From NCBI RefSeq assembly GCF_000150275.1, contig NW_002060943.1, forward strand, positions 11,656,878 to 11,720,877: a DNA stretch of 64,000 nt. The letters are read 5' to 3'. Within the stretch, counting starts at the first letter, position 1. The number at the start of each line of letters is the position of its first letter. Under the pieces are notes generated by a model, which worked only from the letters and a program-made list of their open reading frames with translations, was not told where the DNA came from and did not search any database. Shown here in pieces: positions 1-13,243 of this stretch. This DNA comes from Trichoplax adhaerens. Its lineage: Eukaryota > Animalia > Placozoa. The position numbers and the translations under genes were made by a program.

Positions 1-918
1 GAATACTATACGTAGAGTGATCTAATAGTATTGAACCGAATTCAGTTGCAATGTAAGCCAAATATCTTCATCGTCATTTGTAGTCAATAAGTAATTTATT
101 CTGAGTTGTTACTATCTATTTAACCGTTGATAAAGAGGACACTGGTGGATAGCCTGTATGGTAGTTTAATTTATAACTTCGTTATGCAGGCACTTTAAAA
201 CGAACGTAACCTGCTAAATACTTCGACAACTCAATATGATTGTACAGAGTTATAGATTATTTGTTATACGACGTAGGTATCTGAGCATTTTCTGAAATAT
301 AGTAGTGATCTTCTGCAATAAGATCTTGGAGCTCTGTTTTAAAAGGTAGTAATAGCTATCGAAATTATGACTCTTATGAAACTTATAACTATTACTAAAT
401 TTAAATTAACAGTCATTGCGATGCCAACTGATCCTATAGTTCAAAATAGAAGGCATTCGTTATACGCGTATAATTACAATTTACAGTTCTATGAAGTGTT
501 CATACATTAGTAACCCTCGAGGAAAGAGTAAACAATGTAATGCTTTATATAATTAATCATCGTATTTATTTATAAAGTCTGTATGTTGATATCCTCTTGA
601 CAACAGAATGCATTGTAATATTAAATTTACATATAATTAATTGTATATGTACTACTTTATTGTCTGAGGCTGCGGACTCGGTAAAGTACAAATGTTTTCG
701 AAAGAGTTGATATTTGACAAAATTGTAAACATTAGACATTACAGATGCAAGTATAAGTTTTATCTTGCAAGGGCCATGAAGTAAACAGAATATATGCGCA
801 TGTTAATGTTGTTAAAAAACATGAGTTTATGCGCACTAGATAATATCTAATCCCAGTTAGCTCAGTTAAAACTTAGCTAATGTGATAAATGTAATTTGAA
901 TTCAATCTAATTTATTAC

Positions 919-1360
919 CTGATATGTTTAGTACGACAAACTGTGATAGTCTTATGATTTTCAATCTAGCGAATGGTGCAAGAGGCTAGTTGTTAGGTCT
1001 ATAAAATATGCTAGTTTGGTTGTTAGTAGGTTTAAGTTGGTAGATTGGCATTAATATATTGATTCCCTCATAACGATATTGCTCAAAGGGCACAGTCTTT
1101 ATACTAGGATCTCATAAAAATAAATTGATAGTTTTATCACGTAAGAAACCACAAGAACTAATGCTGAAATCAATAAGGTCTACACCAACACACAAAATTT
1201 GACTAGGAACAATCATAGTTAAGCCAGGCATTAAGTTGAAAAGGCTATTGATTGTAATATTGACAGAATAGCTGGTAACTGCTGGAAGGGTATCGCCAGG
1301 CGAAACAAAAAGTTTTGCCTACTTTTGAAGGTATCAATTTCAGTAATTTCCTCATAGGGC
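919..1360 (-). pseudogene. Disabled Spondin_N exon, paralogous to exon 2 of the spondin genes at 24-33 kb
   Basis: Minus-strand translation between AG (1361-1362) and GT (917-918): GPMRKLLKLIPSKVGK/LFVSPGDTLPAVTSYSVNITINSLFNLMPGLTMIVPSQILCVGVDLIDFSISSCGFLRDKTINLFL*DPSIK...IYQLKPTNNQTSIFYRPNN*PLAPFARLKIIRLSQ. It is collinear with the intact spondin exon 2. Lesions: +1 frameshift near 1306-1316, TGA replacing the conserved Trp (1112-1114), TAG (986-988). Confidence 0.9.
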
Positions 1361-1559
1361 CTATTAGATTACGGTGGAATACGAATAAATAACATCGGAG
1401 TATTAATGATAGCTTTTGTGTTTAGTTGCTAATAATTATCCTGCTTATGTAATAGCAAGGGACTAAAATCTGTCAGTTATATCAGATTTACTTGATCAAT
1501 ATTTTATCAATTAATTACACTCGGATACCTTGTAATGTTGGATAATAATAGAAAAAAAT

Positions 1560-2140
1560 ACTGTACAGTACGTACCAACTGAATGTACTGTACAGTATGC
1601 TTGATTGTACGGATCTCGAGGGACAAAGTAACAATTTGCACAGTACAGTACAGTACAGTACTGTAGCCATTACAATGTACAGTACTGTACAGTATAACGA
1701 TAGGTTACAGTATACTGTACTGTAACTGAAATCAATCCAGCAGTACAATGTACTGTAACGATTTGATACAGTACTGTACAGTGTACAGTACAGTACAGTA
1801 TCGGCCTCTAATGTTAGCTTTACTAGTACAGTACAGTACAAACTCCCGTCGCTTTGCTGACGGTTTACGATAATGCTACAGTACACTGTACTGCACAGTA
1901 TCATCATACTGTACTGTACTGTACGCTAAAACTGAAATCAATCCATCCAGTACCATGTACTGTAACTAGTTGATACAGTACCGTACCGTACAGTACTACA
2001 ATTTATTCTGCCGAACACTGTACTGTACAGTAAGCATTTTTGCCATTTTACTGTACTGTACTGTACAGTACAGTACCTCGCTAGTACAGTAGCTGGTACG
2101 GTAGTCTACAGTGTACACGACTGCAGGTACAATACTGTAG
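1560..2140. repeat. TACAG/CTGTA pentamer-rich array with an internal ~65-bp duplication
   Basis: Dense runs of tacag/tactg in both orientations. The segment aactgaaatcaatcca...tgatacagtac occurs at ~1725-1790 and ~1930-1995. Confidence 0.9.
1823..1875 (-). mobile_element. Helitron-like 3' end (hairpin + CTAG), copy 1
   Basis: 37 bp (1839-1875) identical to 56393-56429. The minus strand reads CCGTC-AGCAAAGC-GACGG hairpin, then spacer, then CTAG|T. The spacer here is expanded by two TACAG units. Confidence 0.6.
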
Positions 2141-2371
2141 GCTAAGGTGGATCAGTGGATCAGCCATTCAGCGACTTTATGGGGTAGTACGGTTGTCAGA
2201 GTGCGCGGGTATAAATAGAGGCAGTAGAGCGGCAAAAGTCCAGTAGGTCTGCAGGCCAGATCGGAAATCGGAAACAGACGGCGGACGAAGGGTACAGTGG
2301 ACTGGATGGACACCTACATAGAGACACAGTAGTAGTAGTAGTAGAGTAACCTGCAAACTTGGACTTCCAGT

Positions 2372-5300
2372 ATGACAGAGTCAGAGTTCTCGGTGAAAGC
2401 GCAATACTCCAAATCCAACCGGTCAATATGCAAGATTTGCCATAAGAAGATTGGCAAAGGTTCTTTGAGATTAGCTCTTTCAGATATGGTTAGTTCAAAG
2501 TAAAATTTTCTATAAGGATGTTGGACAGTGGTTATTAGTAAATACGAGTACAATAGCATGTGTATTGCCATGGGTGCACTATGCTGGTCGATGCAACTCT
2601 GTTTGCTAAACCTGGTACACTAGTTACGACTCTTTATTGTAGCCAATATTGCAAGAGTGTCAGAAAGAACAAATAGGCAGTCAGCGTTTCAACTTCCATT
2701 GCAATAGCCGATGTGAACTTGAAAAGTTCAACCGTGATAGTTTAAAATAAGATTTAAAATATACATTTTGCACACAATAAGATTGATTTATTGATCGACG
2801 CTGCTAATGCCCCCAAAATACAGCTCTTTGCCAACCCATATACTGCATATACTTATACAATGCACAAAAGCTGAGGTCTACACTCAAGTCTGCAGTATCT
2901 GCACAGACTGCATGCCACAATTGTCCTAGTCTGCTGCATACTGCATAGTCGCACACAAAATAACACCGTTTCTTCTTCGTCATCTGCTACACTAGTGCAG
3001 TACCTACATCTGCAGCAAGTCTACACTATCTGACGATGATGATTCAATATCATGCATGACCCTCAAGTCCATCAGAATGCTATATTGCAATCTCCGCTGC
3101 TGTATCAATTTTACAGTAATCCATATGTGAATTATCACGGATTTAACAATGCAAATATTTTCAACTTTGCTGTACAACTGCTGACGACATACGAAACAAA
3201 TGGCTACCATCTTCCTACATACTTGTCCACGTACATAGCCATAGGTTGTAAACAACGATGCAAAAGTATCAAAATTTCTCAGGGTTCATAGTACTGTACT
3301 GTATGTACAGTATGCACCATCATAGTAATGGAAATAAATGTGCAAGAATGCATAGTTCAGCATATTATACTGTAGGTATAATCAAAGTTGAACCTTAAAG
3401 GATGCAAATCTAAACGATGCTGATGATGCAATAATCACCTAATTAATTGAAACTAATGCAGTCTACGTAAATATTAATTTAACCAAAGTGGACCAATGTT
3501 ATTGCGAAATAACGGACATGACTAAACAACTATGCAATGGAAATTGAAGTTGAATATTCTTTTTCGCTAAATTTCAATCATGAATCAATGATTAACCATC
3601 CAAATTATAACAGACACTAGTTTGGAATCACTGTGGTTGCTTCTTCAAAAAATATACGCTGCCCAATGTAGAAGAAATTGATGGTTTTGCTACACTGCGA
3701 TTGGAAGATCAAGAGAAAATTAGGAAATATATAGCGGCAGATATTGAAAATGCCGCCAGTGAATACGTTGAAGAGACTGAACATCTCGATCAAGACCAAG
3801 ACGACTTACTTATCAGCTACGTCCAAAAAGATTGTGAGAAATGTACCAAATGTCAGCAGGATATCCATCAGGTCTAGCAGTTTGACAGATATTTTCTGAT
3901 TTCAATGTAGTAGAAAGACTATCCGTTTACATGATCATAAATTCATAAAATATCTGTATATCATAATATATACAGTATATACTCCTAGGTCTTAACGATA
4001 GGGAATTAACCTGCTAGGTTTAACATAGCGATGTAAAGCAAAGCTCTTTTTAATCCAATGAATTATGTAGGGAGAATTATACGTTGGACGAACGTCGTAC
4101 AAGCCACAAAACGGTTCAATGTCTACACCCTCCAACACAACCGACTTCTATCATCCACAGTGTTTTCGTTCTGCATGTAATACGTTAAAAATTGAAAATT
4201 CTATAGAGTCAATAAAAGGATTTTATAATCTAAACAAAATCGACCAGAGTAAATTAGCGGAATTGTTGCGGTATGTCAATATACTATTTGTTAAATGATA
4301 ATTATAATTAGTTAACACTACTATTGATGTGTTGCGGTGAATATACTATCAGTCGAAATGTGATTCCGTTTTCTTTCACTTACAGTATTTATCGATCAGC
4401 ATATTGATCTTACGCTTAGATAAAATGCTTAACCTTAAAATAATCCATAGCATAGATAGTGCTGTATTCTTATGTTCCCCTGCTGGAATGCTAAGATCAT
4501 CAATAGTAGGCTTTAGAACGCATTTATAGCATAGAGTTCGATGTATTGGATGATTGCATATATTTAAATGATATTAAAATTGATTAGAAGCGATGTTAGT
4601 ATTAGAAAATTATTTATTGATATTTACTTCAACACATGCCAACATAGAGGAGTGACGAATGGAAAAGATAAAAGAAAGCAAGATACTGACGACGATCAAG
4701 TTTCCAAAAAGCCAAAGGTAGATAAAGAAATCTACAAGAGAATGACACTAAAGGTAATTTAGCATATCTGATAATCGTATTGCTGTTTTGTGGCATCTAG
4801 TTACTTAGAAAGTAGTATTGTTTATTATGATAGGAACAGACAGAGCTATTATGGAACATTTATGACAATTTAAGAAGAGAATGTACTCGTGAAGTGATGG
4901 AAAAGATGCTGTTATTTAATAAACAGTATGCTCCTGTTGATGAAACGACTGTAAGTCATCAAATACAGACTAATAATTAATACATGCTTGCGCTAACTTG
5001 GAGGTGCGTCATTAAGCAATAAAATATTTGCATGAACTACCAGATGAAGCTTATACATTGTATATATACAGTATATATCAATCGTTGTTTTCTTATCTTG
5101 CCATTGTAAATTGGTATTTAAGAAAGTTGCTTTCTGATAGATAAGTACTTTTACAATACAATACTGTATATGGGAATACAATGTATTTCTGTTCAGACGT
5201 ACTAATGTCAAGACTATAGATGATATATTTCTTATCATTTCTCAATGTAGCTATATCGATGTTGTGTAGATGGTATGGCGTTTGGTGCATTAAAATGCTG

Positions 5301-8300
5301 TCCTGTTTGCACAGAAGGTCAATTATACTTTGAGTAAGTTTATGTCTCCTTATTGTAAGGGTAATAATAACCTTTTGTACTTATTCTTTTACTGTTGCAC
5401 AAACTATTCTTTCCTTGATTAGCTACAAAATACAGTGCTATACGTGTTTGCGTGCCGGCGACGACAGTTCCTGTCAATATACAACACAGAAACCTGAAAG
5501 AATACCTTGGAAAATACCAGAAGAACGCTACATTCAATCTTCCTTCTTGTACGTTATCACCATTATACTGCTCAAAATAGTTGACTCCTAACCGTGAGAA
5601 TGATTACTTGACAGTGAAATTAGTTTTACCAAGTTTAATACGAATTTTTATCATGTCTATGTAATAGTTAATATGGCTGTATCACGAAGAGATAATTTCT
5701 GTTTGGTTAGGAAACAATTCAAATTTGAACCATATGAAAGGATATTTTTTAACGCAGGCACCACAAATCAGACCGGTTTAAAAGTGAGGTCTTGGACAAT
5801 ATTGAGGTTAATAAACATGTTATTTTTTGATCATATCAAATTCCAAAGGACTCGTTAAAATGCACGACCTATTTTCAAATAGCTGGATTTATAATTAGGT
5901 TTCATTTTTTACTTTATATACAGTATTCGCGCAGTCTAGATCAATTAGATGTAACGATAGAGAGAATACATATATTTTTTTGCGAATTATAATTAACGCT
6001 GGTATTAATGAGATATTGGAAGACTAGAATTTACATAAAGACTTAAAAAGAAAGCTTGTAATTATCGTTAACAATTTAAAATCGAGTTAGTTATAAAGAG
6101 AGCTACTACTTTACATCTTTGACCCACTTATTAGGAAAGACATCATAAAGAAGAAACCTCTAGCCAATTTTCATTTCGCTATTATCGGTAATTCAAACCA
6201 AAATCAGGTGAGCTATAATTTTTTGGCGAGCATTGTATAATGGAATAAATATGATTGATATACGTTCGTGTATAAATATCAATTTAAAAGCGCCATTTAA
6301 GCAGAGCTTTGATTATCACATTTGCTAGATGAAAAAAGAGATTGAAGAATTCGGTGGAAAGATTGATGAGAAAATTTCGCGTAATACTGATTTGTGTATC
6401 AGTTCTCATGGTAATACTTTATGATTAATTGCTTACACATAGCTTAGTTGTATTTGCAAGTCAAGTTGAAGAGTTATACTCTAATTGGCATAAAGCGATA
6501 TCAGGTCAATATTCTATACTCTTTTGGTTTTTATATGAAATTGGATTGATTTTAATAGTTGAAATGATACGAAATAAAGACAAAGTACAGCAAGCTCAAG
6601 CATTAAATCTTCCAGTGGTTAACGAATCATTTATTACCGCTGTTACAAATGGCGACTTGAAAAATGTCGCAATGAAACATAATATAGCTAGCTGGACGGA
6701 CGGAAAGGTTTGCCAGATATAAATATGAGTGAATTCTGTCACTATAATGTTGCAATACTGCTGGCAATTGAAGTACCTAATTTCTAGCTTAATTATGCTG
6801 TACTTACGATATGATTAATCGGATAGGGTATCAATATCAAACGCGATGCATCTGGTTAGTTTCGATAAAATTTCATTTCTAATTATATGTAATTATTAGC
6901 ATATTGGTATTTTACAAATTGCCATTTAAAAGTAGTCTATCGTGTAGTACAAAAATTTGATATGATTCTAAAATAGAGTAGTCCTGTAAGTTTCTACCGT
7001 ATTAGGAAAAGGTTTAATTGTTACTTATTTTGCCTTCAGATCAAGTATCTACTAGTATCATTAAAGTAATGGAGAAAACTACGGTGGATCCATTGTCAAG
7101 TGAGGAAGAACTTCAATTTATAATTGTATTGTAGATATTGTTCATGTCCCGTATTACTCATTATCAATGTTGTTTGCAAGACAAGCAAACAACTCTTACG
7201 TTAATGTCTCCATACCCGTAAATTTTGATTATTCTGCTGCTATGGTTTGTAATGATAGGATTAGATGACGGTTATCATATTATTGCTGATGCCAATGGCA
7301 ATATCTATAGTACTGTTTTGGAAGCCAAACACGATACAAGTGACATTTGTTCCTTTTATAAAATCCAAGCTTTGGAACGCCATGATTCTCTTATGTTAGT
7401 GTTGTGGATGTTGATGAACAATGCTCGGATGAGTGCTAATTCTGTTTCTAATTGCTATTGATAATACAGATGCTGTCTCATTGTTATTACCAATATTAAA
7501 CATCAACTAAATGATAAAATAGACGTTATTGTTGAGGTAGGAAAATCTATTTGCACGTCATACTGTGTTGTGATATACTGGATATATTTTAAATATGTTA
7601 TAACATATCATGTTAGGTATAGGATAATTTGTTAAACAATGTATGATAGTGATTGCATTTAATGGTTACGACTTACACAATTAATTATAATAGGATGGCT
7701 ACTCAAAAGAAGAGGTGAAGATGGCTTTTGATGAAAAGTACTTTGAATTGACAGGTACGATTTAAAAAATAATTTAGAGATAAGCAACATCTGATTTTAT
7801 GATAAAAATTTTGCCTTCCTAAGTATTACAAAAATTTATTCTAATTTTAATGTACTGCAGGTAATCGTTTCGAGACTAGCGTGAATTTCAAGAAAAAAGC
7901 TGGTAAAATGTATCCACTTGATACGACCAATATTTATGCCAAGGTTAAATAATAAACATGTTTATATATAGATTCGCTTTATGACACACTGTAACAGACA
8001 AAACTTTAAAGGATAAATTTTATCATATTAGGATCAAGAAATACAGAAATATAACCAAATTATCAAGACTAAAAGCAATAAATTAGAGTCGAATGTAACG
8101 AAACTAATGAAATTGATTTTTGATATCAAGTTGATGAAAAATGCTATAATTGACTTTAAAGTATGATTTCTTTCTTAAATGATTCTACTGTATTTTCGTC
8201 AATGATGGGCATATTATAAACGTGAAAAACTGATTATGTATACTATACGTATTTGGATTACTTATGTTCATTATAGATTGATGTAGATAAGAATTCTATT

Positions 8301-10793
8301 GGAGATCTTACTAAGCAGAGAATTGAGGATGCATCTCAATGGCTTGATACATTAGAGACAGTAAGATTTCTAAGCTAATTATGTAACCTAATGTATTGTT
8401 ATGACATCACATGATTGAATACCTTAGACTCAAGAAACGCATTCCAAGATTTAAAATGTAAGTATTAACTTCTTTAATCCACAACCTTTTGTATAGATGG
8501 TATTGGAGAAAGAGAAGAAACGGGAAATCAAAAAAGCGAAAAATGAATTTACTAATTTAATTGCATTGGACTTGGATTTATCCTCCAATTTTTATCATGA
8601 TAATGTTAACATTATTCGGGTACATTCGATTCTCCAGCTGTTATAGTTGTTATCTGTGTTATAAATTAATGATATGGATATAATTTATGAGTATATATAT
8701 AATATATATATATAATTCGAAAAGCAGATTACTTTAGATTGGAATGAAATTATAAGCCTAATACTGATAATATAGTTGATGAAGTTCAACTAGATCGAAT
8801 TAATGCCAAACTACCGTATCAATTATACTTTTATTACTCATTTATGACCCGCTGATTTGAACCATTCTATGTTTACCAGGCAACAAAATACGATTTGGAA
8901 GACTTGCTGGATATTGTATTTACTTACAATCTTATGAAGCAAGTCGTCTATGTAATGAAGGACCCTCTTCACATGCTGTATAAGAGTTTAAAGACCGACA
9001 TTGAAGTAAGTAATATCGTTTATCCCTCTTTTATGTCATAACTGTTCAATTGCTAACCTTTTTTTACCTTTAGCCATTACAACATGAAAGTAATACGTTT
9101 AAGATCATTCGAAAGTATGCTGAAAATAGTCGTAATCATCCTTATAGCAACTACTTTAAATTAAAAATCGAGGAGGTATGCTGGTCTGATGCAAATTCTA
9201 TTGCTAATATACTATACTTGTATGGAATTACCCACTTATTACGATTGATATACTTATTTTACGGCATGACGATAAATTTACATATTTACCTCCGCGATCT
9301 TTGACAGTTGCTTTTTGTTATATCGTAGGTATTTAAAATCAATAGACATGATGATGATGAAAAATTTCAAAGCCACTCAAGCTATAGCAATCGAATGTTA
9401 TTGTGGCACGGATCGCGTACAGTTAATTCTGCCAGTTTGCTGTCACGGGGGATGAGATTTTATCCTCCAAAGACATCCTCGGTTAGTACAATGACCATCA
9501 CTTTTACTAAAGACAGACCGATAGTTTTCAATTGTTTTAACATTGGAATATTAAAAAACTATTTTTTAGAAAAGATCCTACATGTATGGTAAAGGAGTTT
9601 ATCTGACAGGTATACTAACTTATGATTAAGTACTGTAATTTAGATCAGATTAGCAATCATCGAAAATTAATGAATTACTTGCTATGATCGCTAATGTTAG
9701 TGCTATGTTCACTATTTCATACTAGATATAATGTGGAAGGTAGGAAACTAACTCATGACTTAAATCGGTTAATTTATCCTGGAAGCGATCTTAACTAGAA
9801 ATGATCAGGATGTGCACAATTAGATAACATGTTCTTATTTTGATGGACCGTAATTTCGGCAGAGTGCCATGCAATGTCAAGCCTCTTTCGCTTACCCTAC
9901 TGGTTTATTGCTATTATGTGAAGTAGCACTTGGCAGCATGTAAGAATATGTTGCAAGCTTGTAGCTTCGGTTATGATCTTTTAAAGTGTTCTTATTTAGT
10001 TATCATCAGTTAGCTTCTCTTTTCCTCTTGTTAATTTATGTAGCTAACAGGATGATTTATCATATATATTGCTGTTTAAATAATTTTATCAAAGATCATA
10101 ACTTGCGGCTTAAAACGCTGTTCAGATTATCTGCATGCATGGCGTTGCAGTAAATATTTCTTTGTAGTATGTTATTATGACAGTTATAATTTCTTATTAA
10201 TAGACATGTATGCTTATGTATTTCGTTATATTGTTATGCTCTTTCTATCAGAAATGTAACCAGATTTTAAATTTGTCTAACTTATTTGGTAGGCATGAAC
10301 TTAAAAATTATAAGGATATGGCTAGACCTGTTTTACCGAAGAACACGCATAGTTTTAAACGTATGAATTAACGATCGTATAATTTGAATGTCTTATTGCT
10401 GTTACGGTATAACGATATATCTGCACAGAAATATGAATTACGTAACGAATGCTGTGATATTAAATAGGTATAGGGGACGTAGCACCTGATCCATCTGGTA
10501 ATCATGTGTTAGAAAATGGAATAATTGTACCTTTAGGAGAGATAAAAGGAGTTGAGACAGGCACCAAATGCAATGAGTATCCTTAATATACTTTATCAAT
10601 TCAAACAGATGATTTTGCTCATTTTTAATCTAGTTTATTATAGAAGTTATTAGTATACAAAGACTGATATAGCTTATTTTAACTTATAATTCCTTAATAT
10701 ATTACAAGATATGTCGTTTATGATGTGCGACAAGTAAGAATTCGGTATATGGTTCAAGTGAAATTTAACTTTACTGACGTATCATTAGACTAA
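2372..10793 (+). CDS. PARP1: PARP1-like poly(ADP-ribose) polymerase paralog A (Zn1-Zn2-Zn3/PADR1-BRCT-WGR-HD-ART), multi-exon
   Basis: Exon 1, 2372-2488: MTESEFSVKAQYSKSNRSICKICHKKIGKGSLRLAL. 3614-3871: WNHCGCFF...DGFATLRLEDQEKI...CTKCQQDI. Zn2: YHPQCF. Zn3: DGMAFGALKCCPVC. BRCT: EEFGGKI...LPVVNESFI. Catalytic: MLLWHGSR (9395), YMYGKGVYLTD, LLLLCEVALG, NE|YVVYDVRQVRIRYMVQVKFNF; TAA at 10791-10793. A Zn1 micro-exon in intron 1 was not located. Confidence 0.92.
10577..10708 (+). other. U12-type (minor spliceosome) GT-AG intron in PARP paralog A
   Basis: 5' site GTATCCTT; branch-point TTCCTTAAT (10690-10698) about 10 nt before the AG; no polypyrimidine tract. It splits the GA|A catalytic Glu codon. 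Confidence 0.9.
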
Positions 10794-13243
10794 GTCTTAA
10801 AATGATTTAACTGAAAGGTTCTTAGTATTTTCGAGTTATTCACAATATGCAAAACTGCATTTATTATATATTTATAAAGTACTAAACACTCTAATTCTGT
10901 TTTAAAAGTAAGAATTAGCAACCCGTAATATTTTGTATTATTTTGAAAGGTGAAAATGTTGACGGTATCGTGTGCATTGTAAATACTACACACAATACAT
11001 GAAAATTTAGCACTATCTAATGTTGCTACCTCAATCCCAAGTATGTGCACTCATATACTTCTAAATGTTATTAAAACATGGCACTGCGAACGTTAATGAT
11101 TGTAAACCGTAAAAATGTTTTCAAAAACTTTACGTCACTACCTGATATTTTCTAATGCAGCCAAGCCAAGATCAATAGTAAATTAAATTTTACAAGAAAT
11201 TGCTTGTAGGTACAGTTTAGAATATCTGATTTAATGATTCATCATGATTCGTCCGTTCAAATTTTGTATCTGAGATTGGTTTAATTTATTGTTTAATTTG
11301 GAATCAAAATAACAAAATGATGTTCTTTACTCGATTGCTGTTGTCTGTCATGTCGTTTATGTTTACTCGAAGTGGGATAATCTGCATTAGATGATTATAA
11401 TTAACTCGTATACATAGGTATGAGTTATGATAATACGTACAACAGTACAAAGAGTAATGTCTAAGTTATTGTTACAAATCTCCTTTGTAACTAGAAAACG
11501 GGTCTTAAACACTATCTTCACTAGTACTCGTGTTCCCAACTAACTTAGGGACCTATCGTAGTTGAACTAACTCTCAGCTACACAAATAAGCTACTAATGA
11601 TTAGTTACGTTAATCTTAGTCGTAAAATGTACTAAAGAAAAACGTAAGAATATTCTTAGCAGTAATAATCAAGTGATCCTGCAAGTGACGGAATGGAACT
11701 GAGCAGCTAAGCTAGTGCTCGGCTTTTTATAGTCTCGGCCTACGCCGATGGTGCACTGGTGAATATTCTTGACATAGCGACTTACACTGTACAGTATACA
11801 TATCCTAGTATACGAATTCAGTTATAAGAAGTTAACATAGATCGGTATAAGTCAACGCTAATTAACATTAAATGAATTAATGAGCCAACTAGAGCCTCAA
11901 GGCTCTGCAACGTAATTGCACCTTACACTTAAGGTGTTATCAATTGACGTTTACTGACTAAGCGTGTTAGCTCCGACACGTCAACAATATTGAACTTTCT
12001 GATGCCTTGGTAATAACAAGTACTTATTAATAAACATGAATATCTAATAAGCTACTGGAGCAAACAACAATATATAAATGAGATATTATAATTAACATAG
12101 CAATCAATATTTCGAAGCATGGCTCCGTAACAGTTATTAACAAGGATGCAAAACCTGAAATGTACTTGAGCGGAAAATAAAGTCAGTTACGTTAGACTAC
12201 TTAAGTGTTGAGCATTAGATCATACACTTATTAGCGGTACTATCGACCTAACAAGTGCTATTGGTAATTAGCGTCGGCTTTTCCAAAAAAACATGTGTGC
12301 AAGCACTTAAAACGGATATTGCTAAAGCTACGCATTTTTGGCGTTTCTGTATAGCGTGCACTTCATTATGACATGAATACATTGCGAAATATTTATTGTT
12401 TTGTAATTTTACAAGTAGAAGTCTTAAGCAACAAAATCGCTGCAACTCTTGATAAAAAAGAATGGAGCATTAATTAAATCGTGTACATTTGTCTCAATGA
12501 ACAAAGAAAGTTACAGAATTTTTAATCCGTAATGTATTGCCTAAAAGGAAGGTTCGTGACAAAGAAAGATAATACAGCTATATAGGATCATCATCCTAAT
12601 ATTACCGATTAAGATCTTGCTATAGTTGCACGGGTTAAAGTTATAAAATCAAAGTATGAAGTCTTGCACTTCTCAGGAGAATAGTTTTTAGATATAATAC
12701 CTCTAATATCTTTCTAACAACAAGTTTGCTGCAAGTAGAAAAATTTAAGAATAGCTCAGTTCTGATCTTGGTGTAATATGTAATCTATTTGTTTTATGTA
12801 AAGAAGAGAATAAACTAATTAATTTGTATGATATTTTAGTCTTGCAATGATACAGATAACATTTCGTACCGTTGAAACTGTTTAAACACTTTTCAGAACT
12901 GTGCTTTAACTATAAAAATAAAGCCTTAATACGGTAACTCTCTGAGTGTCCTAAGAACTAACACCGTGAACAGAAGTCATATTCCCAAAATAAAAGGATC
13001 AAATCACTTAACAGAGAATTTTTGATTTAGTTGTTGCCAACTTCGTAATTTTCAGTATACAAGTATTATAATGTAATAATATTTAGTTCCAAATGATCAC
13101 GGCTAAGAATTAAATCCGAAGTTCTTTCAAAATTATTACATATTTCTATTTAGCAACTTTTTTATAGTGTTGTTTGTTACGTAACAGTTGACATAGGTAA
13201 TTATGATATATTAAATAAGTAATAAAGAATCTAGCATTAAATA

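Noticed and set aside
1515-1907. 130-aa minus-strand ORF rich in YCTVL
   Set aside because: It is a translation of the TACAG/TACTG array, not a credible protein.
3052-3291. 79-aa ORF in a GC-richer stretch of PARP A intron 1
   Set aside because: No recognisable motif and no phase-compatible role in the PARP model; I cannot support it as a gene.
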